A stretch of DNA of 64,000 nt from an uncultured virus (IMG/VR IMGVR_UViG_3300027734_000064) (lineage: Duplodnaviria > Heunggongvirae > Uroviricota > Caudoviricetes > Crassvirales), in IMG/VR virus record IMGVR_UViG_3300027734_000064; one strand, written 5' to 3'. The notes under the pieces were generated by a model. The model saw nothing but the letters and a program-made list of their open reading frames with translations, was not told the origin of the DNA and ran no database searches. Shown piece after piece: positions 1-9,031 of the stretch. The stretch's first letter is position 1; each line of letters starts with the position of its first letter. A program made the position numbers and the translations under genes.

Positions 1-519
1 CGCAAATTTTGAGGTGATGGGTATCCCCCCCCAAACTGGAGCAGCCCCCGCGAAAAGAAAACGGATCCTATCCGCATGGGGGGGGTTCCGTTTCCAAAAA
101 ATCCTATCCGATTTTTTGCCTTTTTCGTGGGCGCTTGAGCGCGTCCCCGTCGCCGTCCCTTGCCGTCCGATTTGCGCCCGTTCCGTTTCCCGTTCCTTTG
201 TGCCGTTCCATTGGGACGGGGTGAACTTTTCGGGGTGCCAATTGTTCCCCGTCAACAATACGAAATCTTCGTACGTTTGGGTTGGTATATTTTGCCCGTT
301 CAATTTTGCGGGTAAACTTTTAATATCGTTTCACTTTGCGCCCGTGGGATAAACCCGCCCCATTCAAAAAAATAATTCAACCCGTTTAAAAAAACTTTTT
401 CCCCTAACTCATTGATAGTCAATAAAGCATTGTCACAGAAATGTCACAAAATCAATTTATTCAATATTTTTCTCATAAGGGTATTGCTTATTCACAAATT
501 ATACATATCTTTGTATTGT
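1..519 (+). repeat. Left copy of terminal/leader repeat (GC-rich C8/G8 hairpin region plus early promoter)
   Basis: 1-126 identical to 63199-63324; diverged middle; ~341-519 again closely matches ~63501-63679. Confidence 0.9.
506..513 (+). promoter_or_regulatory. Bacteroidota sigma-A -7 box (TATCTTTG), early promoter
   Basis: Matches TAnnTTTG, TTG about 20 nt upstream, precedes the first early gene; conserved in the right copy. Confidence 0.75.
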
Positions 520-545
520 ATTAAAACACTAAAAAAAAAAACGAC

Positions 546-764
546 ATGAATAACACAACTGCAAAAGACTTAAAAATTGGCTCAACATTTAAAAAAGACG
601 GTTGGGCTCATTGTGTAATTGAAATTGTAAATGAAAATTACATGAATGGTAACGCATCATTAATGGTGGAATGTGATAGCACTCACAAAACATACGGAAA
701 AGACACAACAGTTTATCACTTGAAACCAACTACAAAAATAACAATAACCAACAACAAAAAATAA
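546..764 (+). CDS. Hypothetical early protein
   Basis: First ORF after promoter, A-rich leader. Confidence 0.7.
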   Translation: MNNTTAKDLKIGSTFKKDGWAHCVIEIVNENYMNGNASLMVECDSTHKTYGKDTTVYHLKPTTKITITNNKK

Positions 765-768
765 AACC

Positions 769-1053
769 ATGAACAACAATTTAATTTTAAACGGACTTAA
801 CGAAAATATCGCTTATTGTGAAGCGATGGGGCTTTCTAATTGTTTCAACGCTTACGCAAATGAATGTAACGGCGAATATATCGAGGCAATCGGTTTCAAT
901 CCGAATTCGGGATATGTTTACATTGCTTTAGGCAACGGCGTATCTATTTGCTCAAACATGGGGCAACGTTGCGAATTCTTAATAACAGACTTTGAAACGG
1001 GCGAAGAAACATTTTTTGATAACTATACACTAGCAATTAATAACAACCAATAA
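769..1053 (+). CDS. Hypothetical early protein
   Basis: Tightly packed + strand ORF. Confidence 0.75.
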   Translation: MNNNLILNGLNENIAYCEAMGLSNCFNAYANECNGEYIEAIGFNPNSGYVYIALGNGVSICSNMGQRCEFLITDFETGEETFFDNYTLAINNNQ

Positions 1054-1054
1054 A

Positions 1055-1441
1055 ATGAAAAGATATAAATTAACAATCAAACACGACACGGGTAAGATAA
1101 ATATTTTTACCCGTGCAAATGACGAACAACAAGCGATTGAGAAAGTTTGTAATTCTGAGGGATGCCCGAAAACTGCAATTATTAAAGTAACTCAATTATT
1201 TTGGTACGTTGCAATGACCGACAAGTTTATGAGTGGGTGGGGAATGGCTGACGGGTTAACAAATAAATTCATCATTGAGTGCGAGACGTTCGAGGATGCG
1301 CAAACAATTAAGCGCAACGCCTCAAAGCGTAAAGAGATGAAATATATCAATATCTCAATGGACGCGCCCAAATATTCAAGTAAAAAATATCTTTGCTCAT
1401 ATAAAAAATTTAACGAATTAGGCACAATTTGGACATCATGA
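1055..1441 (+). CDS. Hypothetical early protein (MTDKFMSGWG motif)
   Basis: Packed ORF, ATGA overlap with next gene. Confidence 0.75.
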   Translation: MKRYKLTIKHDTGKINIFTRANDEQQAIEKVCNSEGCPKTAIIKVTQLFWYVAMTDKFMSGWGMADGLTNKFIIECETFEDAQTIKRNASKRKEMKYINISMDAPKYSSKKYLCSYKKFNELGTIWTS

Positions 1442-1677
1442 AACAATTAACCGACAAACAACTATTAAAATTAGACGCGCAAATTAGCGCCCTAAGTGAC
1501 AAACTTACTAAGGTTTGTAATCAACACAAAGTAAGTGACAAAAAAATGGAACTAGTGAACGTATCGTGGTGCGATTGGGACAACTACGAAACTCATGAGG
1601 GCATTGTAAACGCATTGCACAATATCGACATGGAACTATCTAATTTATCATATTACATAACACAACTAACAAAATGA
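1438..1677 (+). CDS. Hypothetical early protein
   Basis: ATGA-coupled start at 1438. Confidence 0.65.
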   Translation: MKQLTDKQLLKLDAQISALSDKLTKVCNQHKVSDKKMELVNVSWCDWDNYETHEGIVNALHNIDMELSNLSYYITQLTK

Positions 1678-1781
1678 TGCACGCAAATAGTTTACCCATC
1701 GTTTGGCTCTTAGCCTATCCAATCGGCACAATAATTTTCTACATAGTAGACACAAAAATAATCAACAAAAAAAGAAAATGA
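1674..1781 (+). CDS. Small membrane peptide (35 aa, not in ORF track)
   Basis: MMHANSLPIVWLLAYPIGTIIFYIVDTKIINKKRK; ATGA overlaps at both ends. Confidence 0.5.
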   Translation: MMHANSLPIVWLLAYPIGTIIFYIVDTKIINKKRK

Positions 1782-1957
1782 TACAACTAACTGAAATTAT
1801 CGGCAACGGGTTAACGCAACCTATTTTATTAGAAGTTAATTCATTTAACTATATGGCAAACAAATCAACAAACGGCTCAATTGTTTACTATGGAACGGGC
1901 TGTATTGAAGTAACCGAATCAACAAAACAAATCAACCAACTAACAACAAAACTATGA
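1778..1957 (+). CDS. Hypothetical early protein
   Basis: ATG 1778 coupled to upstream stop. Confidence 0.55.
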   Translation: MIQLTEIIGNGLTQPILLEVNSFNYMANKSTNGSIVYYGTGCIEVTESTKQINQLTTKL

Positions 1958-2595
1958 ACACTAAACAAATAATTTACGGAATGTTAACCGAAAACACGGG
2001 CGCCCACTTTTTAGATAGTGGGGGCGCGTATGGTCGCAACCATGAGCGCAACCAAAAGAAAACAATCGAAGACTTCGAACGTGAACCCGAACAAAGTTAT
2101 ATCTATAATTACGGATATATTGAACGGCGCCTATCGGTCTTCCATTATCTCAGTCAATTATCAACGGACGCGATATGCAAAGAGTTTAATCAATTGCCAT
2201 GCAACGACCACGACGCAAACTGCGACGCAAACGGCATCAGCGCCGACCAATGGCAATGGTTAAATGATTTGGGCGACGTTGAAATTATTAATACATTCAA
2301 CACATATAACGGCGACTCCGATTTGAGCCAAATTATACAAGGCTCTTGGATAACAATTAACGACGAACAATATTTGTTATTACAAATTCACGGGGGTTGC
2401 GACGCAAGGGGGGGTTATACTGACGCGAAACTTTTTCAAACTTGCGAAGAGTATTATATACACGAATATTTAAGAGAGTACGAAGATTCGTACGACATTA
2501 AAGAAAATTTAGATAACGACTATATAGATGTAATCAGCGCCAAGACGGGCAAAAAAATGTCTAACAAATGGCTATTAAACAAACTAAAATTATGA
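1954..2595 (+). CDS. Conserved-looking hypothetical phage protein
   Basis: 213 aa; motifs ENTG.H.LDSGGAYGR and HGG.DARGGYT. Confidence 0.85.
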   Translation: MNTKQIIYGMLTENTGAHFLDSGGAYGRNHERNQKKTIEDFEREPEQSYIYNYGYIERRLSVFHYLSQLSTDAICKEFNQLPCNDHDANCDANGISADQWQWLNDLGDVEIINTFNTYNGDSDLSQIIQGSWITINDEQYLLLQIHGGCDARGGYTDAKLFQTCEEYYIHEYLREYEDSYDIKENLDNDYIDVISAKTGKKMSNKWLLNKLKL

Positions 2596-2753
2596 GAAAC
2601 GAACAAATAAACGACATGATTATGTCAATTGATTACGCTATTAATTTGATAGAATTAAACTATAATAGCGATATTGACGACAGGGAAATTATTGCACACA
2701 ACTTACAACAATTGGATAATGCAATTGACGAACTAAAAAAACTAAAAAAATGA
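2592..2753 (+). CDS. Hypothetical protein
   Basis: ATGA-coupled small acidic ORF. Confidence 0.55.
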   Translation: MRNEQINDMIMSIDYAINLIELNYNSDIDDREIIAHNLQQLDNAIDELKKLKK

Positions 2754-3070
2754 GATACAATATAACAATAACGCGCACTTATGAAACTGAATTTATCATA
2801 AGTGCCGACACCCTACAGGATGCCGAAGATTGGGCTCAAAATAACGAGGATACAATTAACGAGGAAGAACTCGACCAATGTAATATTGTCGAAACAAATG
2901 CAAGAATAACTGAAGTACTACCAAGCGCAAACGAACGCGAGGAAATACTTTACCTCATGAATAGAATTAAACTCCTTATAAGCCACTATAGACACGTGAG
3001 CGAATATATCCCCCAACATTTAATTGACGAACTAAACAAATTGTACGACAAATATTACAACGAACTATGA
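2750..3070 (+). CDS. Hypothetical protein
   Basis: ATGA-coupled ORF. Confidence 0.7.
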   Translation: MRYNITITRTYETEFIISADTLQDAEDWAQNNEDTINEEELDQCNIVETNARITEVLPSANEREEILYLMNRIKLLISHYRHVSEYIPQHLIDELNKLYDKYYNEL

Positions 3071-3378
3071 ACGACTTACAAAAATTAGACAGAAACTACT
3101 TTTGGGTGGAACGCCCAACGGTAGTGCTCGCGGAACTACAAAAATATTTTGACCATGTCCAAGATGTAACGTACATGAACGATAGCGCCCCATCACTTGA
3201 GATAAATGAGAGGTACTATTTATTCATGCCAACATCTACGCGCACAAACCACGACAACGAAGAGTACAATTACTATATGATAGTGGAGAGTGAGAACTAC
3301 GGGACGGACGCGCTGACAATTGAGTGTGACACCTTAGACAAAGTAATTGACGAACTATATCAAATAATAGCATTATGA
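3067..3378 (+). CDS. Hypothetical protein
   Basis: ATGA-coupled acidic ORF. Confidence 0.7.
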   Translation: MNDLQKLDRNYFWVERPTVVLAELQKYFDHVQDVTYMNDSAPSLEINERYYLFMPTSTRTNHDNEEYNYYMIVESENYGTDALTIECDTLDKVIDELYQIIAL

Positions 3379-3617
3379 AAACTAAACGCGAATATTTCGA
3401 CAAATTAACAACGGGCGCAAAATTGGATTACCCCGACCTTTCGATCCAAATTGACGACCTCATAGAAGAGATGCTAAGCCAATGCGAGATTGAGAACGAA
3501 CCAACGGACAAGGATTTTTGGACTGCTGAACAAGATATAAACGACCTTATCGAGCGCAACCAAGAATACACGCACAAAGCACCAATGCCAGAAACTTGGT
3601 ACGAAGAAAATTTATGA
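3375..3617 (+). CDS. Hypothetical acidic protein
   Basis: ATGA-coupled ORF. Confidence 0.7.
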   Translation: MKTKREYFDKLTTGAKLDYPDLSIQIDDLIEEMLSQCEIENEPTDKDFWTAEQDINDLIERNQEYTHKAPMPETWYEENL

Positions 3618-3673
3618 CACAAAACTGACAAAACTATTTGTTTATTCACAAAATACACACTAATATTGCACTG

Positions 3674-3997
3674 ATGATTACTAAACAAGATATTTTAGAC
3701 GTGGCACTACAATTAGAGATGCCAATTACTGACAAGCAAATAAATTACGTTTTAGAGAACTATTCTGAGACGGGCGAAATTTGGAACGCACAAGTTGAAG
3801 ACTTGTTATACCAATGTGAACCAAAAGTTTGCGACATCACGGGCGAACCCATGACCGAGGGTTGGGTTGCCAACGATGGCGAAACATACTTCAAATACGA
3901 GAAAGATGCCCTTGCGTGGTGCATTGCAAATGGCTACGAAAGTATCGAAGATGCCTACGAAAACGAGGCAATCTATTGGACTGAGTGGGAGGATTAA
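3674..3997 (+). CDS. Hypothetical acidic protein (C-terminal YWTEWED)
   Basis: ORF, ATG at 3674 preferred. Confidence 0.7.
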   Translation: MITKQDILDVALQLEMPITDKQINYVLENYSETGEIWNAQVEDLLYQCEPKVCDITGEPMTEGWVANDGETYFKYEKDALAWCIANGYESIEDAYENEAIYWTEWED

Positions 3998-4001
3998 TAC
4001 A

Positions 4002-4225
4002 TTGCTCTAAGGGGGTAACTCCCCCTTAAAGCAACCAAGAAGTTCTTTGACGTACGGGGCGAATTGAGGTGCTAACAATCCGTTAGTGTAAATTGGCGTG
4101 GACTAGCCAATACCTACGACTATAAGGTTGCGAGAGTCCCTCGCATTGAATGAGCGCGGAACAACTCAGCCAACCACACGACAAGCGCAGAGCGGTACTT
4201 CGGTGTACCCGTGTGGGCAAACCTA
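4002..4225 (+). ncRNA. Candidate structured RNA with a boxA-like element
   Basis: GC-rich intergenic stretch with at least 6 hairpins, a cUUCGg loop, complementary loops GGACT/AGTCC and GTTCTTTGAC at 4042-4051. Confidence 0.55.
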
Positions 4226-4276
4226 ACACCAATTTATAACAAACACACAACACTAAAATATAACAAATACACAACC

Positions 4277-4810
4277 ATGGCAAATCATTGTTTCAACTTT
4301 GCGAATATTTACGGAAGTAAAGACGCATTAGATTTATTAGAGAAAAGAATTAAAGATGCTAAAAAAGACAACAACCATTTATGGTACGAAACTTTTTATA
4401 TTGCACTGGGTACTGAATGCCCGAAGAACACGGACGTTTATGATGACTTTGGAAGTAAGTGGTTCAACTGCGATGTGATTAGAGATAAGTATACTGAAAT
4501 GACAATTAGTGGGGACTCTGCATGGAGTCCCGTATCCGAGTTTTATAGAAAGATAAGCGAGGTATACAACTTAGAAATCTTCAGCACATTTGAGGAATGT
4601 GGTAATGACTTTGGTGGATGGTATGATTGCAAGAATGGAGAGGTTACAAAGGATGTAATGATGACATACGGGCAATATAGATACACTGAAGACCCTTATG
4701 AATACACTACATACTTACTTGAGGATATTGAGAACGGAGACCTTGAAGAAGTAGATGAACAACTTTTAAACATAATGACTGACGAACATAAAAAACTATT
4801 AAAACTATGA
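4277..4810 (+). CDS. YubB/DUF1281-like ferredoxin-fold phage protein
   Basis: MANHC.N start, FGSKW, DSAWSP, EECGNDFGG motifs. Confidence 0.65.
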   Translation: MANHCFNFANIYGSKDALDLLEKRIKDAKKDNNHLWYETFYIALGTECPKNTDVYDDFGSKWFNCDVIRDKYTEMTISGDSAWSPVSEFYRKISEVYNLEIFSTFEECGNDFGGWYDCKNGEVTKDVMMTYGQYRYTEDPYEYTTYLLEDIENGDLEEVDEQLLNIMTDEHKKLLKL

Positions 4811-5034
4811 ACCTATTTAGAATTAACACCACGGCATTTCACGAGGAAGATTTCACAATCTACACTGACTTAAACCAAGAACAAGTTGTTGACATTATCA
4901 CGCCCATTGTAGAGGCTGAGCGTGATGGTGTCAATATTTACAACAACGACGATTTGGTTAGCGCATTAAAGAACGCATATCCAAACAACTACATCTCACA
5001 ACGATACAACGAACCTGAAATGATATCAATATGA
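4807..5034 (+). CDS. Hypothetical protein
   Basis: Coupled ORF. Confidence 0.7.
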   Translation: MNLFRINTTAFHEEDFTIYTDLNQEQVVDIITPIVEAERDGVNIYNNDDLVSALKNAYPNNYISQRYNEPEMISI

Positions 5035-5339
5035 AACTAACGAACGATAACTTTGTATGGGACATTGTCTCAACGAATGAGGTAGCAGATGCCTACGCAA
5101 AAGGTGAAGTATTTATTTTGCACGACGATGACACGGAGTCGTTGTACACGGGCGAACCAATTGACGAGAGTTTAACCTACGGCACTGAGATTGGGTGGCT
5201 CAAGGACATAGATGACAGGGAAGTGTTGACATTATTAGCAGTACGCAAGTACGGGCATCTAAAAGACCATGACCTAATATGGCGCTTTGTTGCGCTTTCA
5301 ACGAGAGCACTAATTAACATGATCAAGAATGATGAGTGA
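5031..5339 (+). CDS. Hypothetical protein
   Basis: Coupled ORF. Confidence 0.7.
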   Translation: MKLTNDNFVWDIVSTNEVADAYAKGEVFILHDDDTESLYTGEPIDESLTYGTEIGWLKDIDDREVLTLLAVRKYGHLKDHDLIWRFVALSTRALINMIKNDE

Positions 5340-5610
5340 AGTCGTCTGCATTAAAACACATAGCCAAGGGATTGTCAAGGAGGGGGAGATTTACCCCTTA
5401 CTTGACGTGAGGCATGACTGCTCATGTGGTGCAACGATGTACGACATTGGAGCAACGAGCGAAGCCATATTCCAAACGTGTTGGTGTGGCAAGGAGTCTA
5501 TAAGAAATAGTAAGACATGGTGGTTAGATAGCAGGTTGTTTGCCATCCCAAATTTAGAGGAACTATATGGAGAATTACATCTTGAAGAGGCACAGAATGG
5601 GACTCACTAA
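5329..5610 (+). CDS. Small Cys-rich (possible Zn ribbon) protein
   Basis: CSCG and CWCG motifs. Confidence 0.65.
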   Translation: MMSEVVCIKTHSQGIVKEGEIYPLLDVRHDCSCGATMYDIGATSEAIFQTCWCGKESIRNSKTWWLDSRLFAIPNLEELYGELHLEEAQNGTH

Positions 5611-5872
5611 AACCCTTGATGATGCCGCGCACGAGTTAAAAGATTTACTTGCATTGACCACGAGTAAGACAGTAAAAGATTGCAAGATGAGATTACAAGT
5701 AAAACAAATATTAAATAGTTATGACATGGGGTTCCACACGACCTTGTCCGATATGGTATCGGAGTTCATGCTGATTGTTAATTTAACTGACAAAAAGAAT
5801 TTAAACTACAAAGAATGCGAAGAATTATTTTTATCCTACTGCTCGGTATTGGGCAGACAAGGGCTCAAGTAG
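5567..5872 (+). CDS. Hypothetical protein
   Basis: ORF in operon; start uncertain. Confidence 0.55.
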   Translation: MENYILKRHRMGLTKTLDDAAHELKDLLALTTSKTVKDCKMRLQVKQILNSYDMGFHTTLSDMVSEFMLIVNLTDKKNLNYKECEELFLSYCSVLGRQGLK

Positions 5873-6123
5873 TTGAGAGTTTGGATAGTCAGCGTTTAAC
5901 GTCGTTAGACACGGCTATAGGTAAGGGATGGGTAACAAGTGTATACTTAAACTCTGGATACGATAAGGAGGGATTAGACTATATCCCTCCGATACAATTA
6001 AAGAAACTCTCAAGATTGGGTGACTATTACATACGCTGTATGTTAGATGACTACTATTACTTTGAGGTAATAATTATTAATTTTAAACTAGAATATATAT
6101 TTACAAACGACAAAAATGAATAA
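5815..6123 (+). CDS. Putative exported protein
   Basis: Signal-peptide-like MRRIIFILLLGIGQTRAQ. Confidence 0.6.
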   Translation: MRRIIFILLLGIGQTRAQVVESLDSQRLTSLDTAIGKGWVTSVYLNSGYDKEGLDYIPPIQLKKLSRLGDYYIRCMLDDYYYFEVIIINFKLEYIFTNDKNE

Positions 6124-6436
6124 CATGATAAAAGGCGATAAGATATTTATTGCGAAACTAGAGGCTGTCATCTACGAGTACACGGGCATAGATACAGAGG
6201 TAATCAAAAGTAAGACAAGAAAAACTGAGATTGTAACAATTAGATTCATTCAAGCATGGCTAATGAAGAAGTACACGTTTATGTCATTGTGCAGTATTGG
6301 GAAGCACATGGGTGGACGTGATCACTCAACCATCATTCATGTCCTTAAGACAATTGAGGATTGGTACGAGCAACCTAAGATGTTCGCACCCGAACTAAAG
6401 ATGCTTGAGGCAATAGAGAGAGAGGTAAAGTTATGA
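6116..6436 (+). CDS. DnaA C-terminal (domain IV)-like HTH DNA-binding protein
   Basis: SKTRK.EIV..R...SL..IG..MGGRDHSTIIH matches the DnaA_C signature. Confidence 0.85.
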   Translation: MNNMIKGDKIFIAKLEAVIYEYTGIDTEVIKSKTRKTEIVTIRFIQAWLMKKYTFMSLCSIGKHMGGRDHSTIIHVLKTIEDWYEQPKMFAPELKMLEAIEREVKL

Positions 6437-6639
6437 CAATTGTAGATCTTTTAGAAGACAAACTATACAAATGGTTAGACGGTAGAATATACCTGCCACC
6501 TATTTTTTTTGAACAAGCCAAAGAGATGGAGGTTGCAGAAAAAGAAAATAGTTATGCAGAAGGATACGCTGAAGGCTACAAACGAGCATTAGAATTAATT
6601 GAATGGGGGATAAAAGCTGAACTTAAAAGAAACAAATGA
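6433..6639 (+). CDS. QAKEME-family small protein
   Basis: Shares QAKEME motif with 7470, 8807 and 10676 ORFs. Confidence 0.7.
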   Translation: MTIVDLLEDKLYKWLDGRIYLPPIFFEQAKEMEVAEKENSYAEGYAEGYKRALELIEWGIKAELKRNK

Positions 6640-6893
6640 AACTATACACAGAAGAAGATTTAATTAAAGCAATTGCTTTTGGCTTTGGAGTATGTCGCAA
6701 AGAGGATAGAGCACCATTCAATAAAGAAATGATAGAATTTATTGCATCTCTCGAACCGACTACCCTTATCGAACTACCAACTGATGAGGAGATTTGGAAT
6801 GAAGCAAATAAAGAAGAAAATAATAGTAAACATTATGCCTTTATGCGAGGTGCAAAATGGATGCGTAGTAAAATACAAGGAGGTAACAAATGA
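6636..6893 (+). CDS. Hypothetical protein (MKLYTEE...GAKWMR...GGNK)
   Basis: Coupled ORF ending in the junction repeat. Confidence 0.7.
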   Translation: MKLYTEEDLIKAIAFGFGVCRKEDRAPFNKEMIEFIASLEPTTLIELPTDEEIWNEANKEENNSKHYAFMRGAKWMRSKIQGGNK

Positions 6894-7084
6894 AATATAA
6901 AGTTAAAATATTTATAGCAAGATTGCTATTTGGTCAACCTAAAATTATGTCTGTTTACAAAGACAAAAACAATAATTTTTACGGTAGTGTAATCCACAAT
7001 GAAGACGGTAAATCTTATATTCATGTAGTTAATAAGGAATTAGGAGATACTGAATATGTTGGAGAAACTGCAATTTGGATTTAA
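6890..7084 (+). CDS. Hypothetical protein
   Basis: Starts in the junction repeat. Confidence 0.65.
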   Translation: MKYKVKIFIARLLFGQPKIMSVYKDKNNNFYGSVIHNEDGKSYIHVVNKELGDTEYVGETAIWI

Positions 7085-7100
7085 CATACGGAGGTAACAA

Positions 7101-7244
7101 ATGAAATATTATTTAAATAAAAGAAATCCACCAGAAAAAAATGATAATGTAATTATATCTAATTATGTAATAGCAATACGTATAATCATATTGATTATGT
7201 TATTATTTATAATTTTATGGGCTTTAGGATGGATACGGAGGTAA
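7101..7244 (+). CDS. Small membrane protein (47 aa, not in track)
   Basis: Lies between two junction repeats; hydrophobic C-terminus. Confidence 0.55.
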   Translation: MKYYLNKRNPPEKNDNVIISNYVIAIRIIILIMLLFIILWALGWIRR

Positions 7245-7247
7245 CAG

Positions 7248-7466
7248 ATGAGTAATATATGGTTAGAAGATGCGGAAAGCACACATATGTATAACGGACA
7301 AGCGTTTGTTGTAGATTTTTACGCTCATCCAACTGGAGGAACTTGGCAATGTTGCGATTCACGTCATTGGACAAGAGCAAGAGCAACAACTAAACAAGAG
7401 GCAATTGAATTATGCCATAAAGAATGGGATGAATATATAATTGAAATTAACCAACTTAAAAAATGA
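7248..7466 (+). CDS. Hypothetical protein
   Basis: Starts in the junction repeat. Confidence 0.65.
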   Translation: MSNIWLEDAESTHMYNGQAFVVDFYAHPTGGTWQCCDSRHWTRARATTKQEAIELCHKEWDEYIIEINQLKK

Positions 7467-7469
7467 CAA

Positions 7470-7763
7470 ATGAACAACACAAACACTAAAGAGCAAGTTG
7501 CTGATAGCAATGGTGCTCACACAAAACAAACAGCAGTAGATAATCTTATTGAAAGATTAAGGTATCTTGGATATTTTTACAATGAAAATTATGATACTCC
7601 ACAACTATTTCAAGCACTCAGACAAGCCAAAGAAATGGAGCAGGAGCAGATAGAAGAAGCATTTTCGAAAGGTGTTGATGATGAATATGAATACCACATA
7701 AATAATTTACCCAGAAAACATACTGAAACTTACTACAACGAAACATACGGAGGTAACAAATGA
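7470..7763 (+). CDS. QAKEME-family protein
   Basis: KQTAVD...QAKEMEQEQ...YYNETYGGNK. Confidence 0.75.
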   Translation: MNNTNTKEQVADSNGAHTKQTAVDNLIERLRYLGYFYNENYDTPQLFQALRQAKEMEQEQIEEAFSKGVDDEYEYHINNLPRKHTETYYNETYGGNK

Positions 7764-7906
7764 AATATATAAGCATATCATTTTTTTATATAGCATTTTT
7801 TTTATTAATTGGATTTACTGTTTATTGGACTAAATCAGGATACCCGCTTTTTGGATTAATTTTAATGCCAAGTTATAGAGAAACAGATGAGGGAGGTAAC
7901 AAATGA
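7760..7906 (+). CDS. Small membrane protein (48 aa, not in track)
   Basis: Repeat-to-repeat ORF, hydrophobic, ends GGNK. Confidence 0.6.
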   Translation: MKYISISFFYIAFFLLIGFTVYWTKSGYPLFGLILMPSYRETDEGGNK

Positions 7907-8067
7907 AAACACTAGAGATACGAACAATCATATCGCCAATTAACGAACATGATCCAAAAGCAATGAGGGTAGTATACCCCGACGGCAAGGTGGACTTCAA
8001 TGACTTTCAAGAAAACTTAAAAAAAGAAATCTATGCACGGAAGACCTACATTCAAAGGAAAAAATAG
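7903..8067 (+). CDS. Hypothetical protein (54 aa, not in track)
   Basis: Starts in the junction repeat. Confidence 0.55.
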   Translation: MKTLEIRTIISPINEHDPKAMRVVYPDGKVDFNDFQENLKKEIYARKTYIQRKK

Positions 8068-8359
8068 TATCTACATTATTGACAACGGCTGCAAGGTAGA
8101 GAAGTTTGACAACGGCAAGGTTGTGATCTACAACACACGCCTTGGTGGTGACTTCTACGAGAAGGTGCATCCACGTTATTATGAGATGTATGAGAGGGAT
8201 GGATTTGACATGATGTCTCTCCAACTATCTATTGACACATTAAATATTGTATTGGAAAAGAATCCAAGCAATCAAGAAACCATTAAAAAACTAAAAGACT
8301 ATGAGAAAAAAATTAATTTCTATCGACCAAGAAACGATGGCAATCAAGAAAGTATTTGA
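8033..8359 (+). CDS. Hypothetical protein
   Basis: ORF in operon. Confidence 0.65.
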   Translation: MHGRPTFKGKNSIYIIDNGCKVEKFDNGKVVIYNTRLGGDFYEKVHPRYYEMYERDGFDMMSLQLSIDTLNIVLEKNPSNQETIKKLKDYEKKINFYRPRNDGNQESI

Positions 8360-8810
8360 CTTAAGGTTTCCATTTTGGATAAGCATTGCGCTTAACTTTA
8401 TTGCAATAAGTGTAATCACACTTATATTATTGCAAGAGCGCTCAATTTTAACGAAATACAAAACGATGATAGTGGAGAAGTTAGTGGAGGACATTCCCTT
8501 GACGGACAGCGCAATTATCAGTGAGTTGACGCACCTGGGCTGTATGCAAGTGCCCGTGGCATTGGCGCAGTTTAAGATTGAGACGGGGCACTTCACGAGT
8601 AATATCTGCAAGCAGAACAAGAACATTGCAGGCATAAGAACATCGAGATCTAAACTTGTCATCGGCATGAAGAATGACCACTGCGCATATGCGACATACA
8701 GAGACTGCCTAAGAGACTATGTGGCGATACAGAATAGATACTTAACAAATATCAACCATCGCTACGCTGAGGATCCAAATTATATCGCTAAACTAAAACA
8801 AATAAGATGA
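8301..8810 (+). CDS. Membrane-anchored glucosaminidase (GH73-like) peptidoglycan hydrolase
   Basis: N-terminal TM; ALAQFKIETG, NKNIAGI, YAEDPNY motifs. Confidence 0.8.
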   Translation: MRKKLISIDQETMAIKKVFDLRFPFWISIALNFIAISVITLILLQERSILTKYKTMIVEKLVEDIPLTDSAIISELTHLGCMQVPVALAQFKIETGHFTSNICKQNKNIAGIRTSRSKLVIGMKNDHCAYATYRDCLRDYVAIQNRYLTNINHRYAEDPNYIAKLKQIR

Positions 8811-9031
8811 CAGCAGTAGACACACTATGGGACATGATCCCAAAAGACACTCAGAACTACATTGTTAAGCAATTCAACGGGCTTGAGAAAGCCAAAGAAA
8901 TGGAGAATAAAGAAAAATTAAGGTTGGCTCAATTTACATCATATATACATGAATTAGGTAAATCAAACTTTAATTATGCACTAATAACAAATGTAGAGAT
9001 TTTAGAATTATACAATGAAAGCGATCTTTAA
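8807..9031 (+). CDS. QAKEME-family protein
   Basis: MTAVD...KAKEMENKE. Confidence 0.7.
   Translation: MTAVDTLWDMIPKDTQNYIVKQFNGLEKAKEMENKEKLRLAQFTSYIHELGKSNFNYALITNVEILELYNESDL

Noticed and set aside
14..352. ORFs 14-352 and 63140-63484 in the repeat
   Set aside because: Atypical composition, the two copies diverge with indels, and they lie upstream of the early promoter; likely non-coding
4056..4231. tmRNA (starts GGGGCG, ends near CACCA)
   Set aside because: The ends do not form an acceptor stem, there is no T arm, and it is too short
6879..7906. CRISPR array or integron from the repeated 15-mer
   Set aside because: The repeat is too short, spacers are 140-500 bp coding genes, and there is no cas gene, integrase or attC-like dyad
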